Positions 63,389 through 64,000 of a stretch of DNA of 64,000 bases are shown here, piece by piece. Every line of letters begins with the position of its first letter. Positions within the stretch are counted from its first letter, which is position 1. The stretch is from Gemmatimonadales bacterium. Its GTDB lineage: Bacteria; Gemmatimonadota; Gemmatimonadetes; Gemmatimonadales; GWC2-71-9. The notes under the pieces were generated by a model. The model did no database searches, had not been told where the DNA came from, and was given only the letters and a program-made list of their open reading frames with translations. Location: positions 11,230-75,229 of the forward strand of contig JBFGJG010000018.1 in the NCBI GenBank assembly GCA_041577295.1, in the 5' to 3' direction. Both the position numbers and the translations under genes were made by a program.

Positions 63389-64000
63389 TCAAAGACTGCG
63401 CCACACGGCACACTTGGCACGTAGCAGAAGGTCCTCCCATCGATCCGCGGGATCGAGTTCGATGACCAACGGAATGTGCCCCTCGTCCTCGCACCCCTTG
63501 TCTTTTATGTGGTTTGCGCTCGAGGCTTCGGATGGCCTGCTGAGTGAAAAAACGAGATCTGGAGTGGCGCCAGTCTGCTGATCTCCGCTGCCATTCAAGG
63601 CGCCCAGGGGCAGCTCGGCACCGTAGTTCATCAGGACAACCACCCCGTGCCCCGTTGCCCGGCGAACGGTGTCATGCTCGAGCTGGCCTCCAGCTCGCGG
63701 TGTCAGCAACGCGACGTCGCGTGCTAGCCAGCGCTCGAGCGCCGTGATCAGCTTCGTTTGCGCCTCTCGCTGCTCCCCCACGATTGCCACCGTGATTCCG
63801 CCCTGCGGAAGTGTCCGCGGAAACCCAGGGATGTGGGTGCTGCGACGCCAACCGCGAGCCCGTAGCGCGACCTCGCGGGCCAAGGTGAGGGTGCGAGTGC
63901 GGATGCGGCCGTAGAGACGGAATCCGTTGAGAACGGGCGCGGCGCTACGGCGAAAGCTCAAGAGGTGTCCGAATGACGGCGTGCGAACGAGCTTTGGAAG
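63389..64000 (-). CDS. Hypothetical protein, C-terminal part (5' truncated); possible degenerate nucleotide-kinase-like domain
   Basis: Frame is open to the window end. GGITVAIVG...KL...LERWL and PDLVFSL resemble a thymidylate-kinase-like fold without an intact P-loop. Confidence 0.5.
   Translation of the reverse strand, partial: LPKLVRTPSFGHLLSFRRSAAPVLNGFRLYGRIRTRTLTLAREVALRARGWRRSTHIPGFPRTLPQGGITVAIVGEQREAQTKLITALERWLARDVALLTPRAGGQLEHDTVRRATGHGVVVLMNYGAELPLGALNGSGDQQTGATPDLVFSLSRPSEASSANHIKDKGCEDEGHIPLVIELDPADRWEDLLLRAKCAVWRSL

Overview
GC-rich bacterial chromosome segment. Gene content and order look like Gemmatimonadota (inference). Bases 1-56150 are mostly + strand housekeeping and envelope genes: ugd (partial)-uxs-TPR-TPR-bamD-nadD-secA, radC-rel, uvrB-tsaE-tsaB-rimI, ssb-LysM, an epimerase plus a complete tolQRAB-pal-cpoB set, a single 1169-aa ORF fusing TatC to an LptD-like outer-membrane protein, a sigma54-type lipoprotein gene, hutHUI, an acidic TPR protein-polyprenyl synthase-tatA, ppiD (- strand), acidic TPR-aroQ-M24 peptidase-efp-accB-pilT-accC-comB-ftsK, yraN, recA-recX, alaS, a PHP tyrosine phosphatase and an SDR. 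Bases 56180-64000 are a convergent - strand accessory cluster that runs off the window end. It encodes a polysaccharide deacetylase, a SerA-like dehydrogenase coupled to PEP mutase, a FemABX/GNAT protein, two ATP-grasp ligases and a PHP hydrolase, i.e. a candidate phosphonate (probably phosphonolactate-type) surface-polymer pathway. The two most interesting items are this cluster and the TatC-signal peptide-LptD fusion. Also seen: apparent CTG/ATC start codons, an unlisted 88-aa ORF, heptamer-periodic intergenic inverted repeats and a candidate SOS box. No rRNA, tRNA, CRISPR array or mobile element was recognised. All family calls come from motif recognition by eye, not from database searches.
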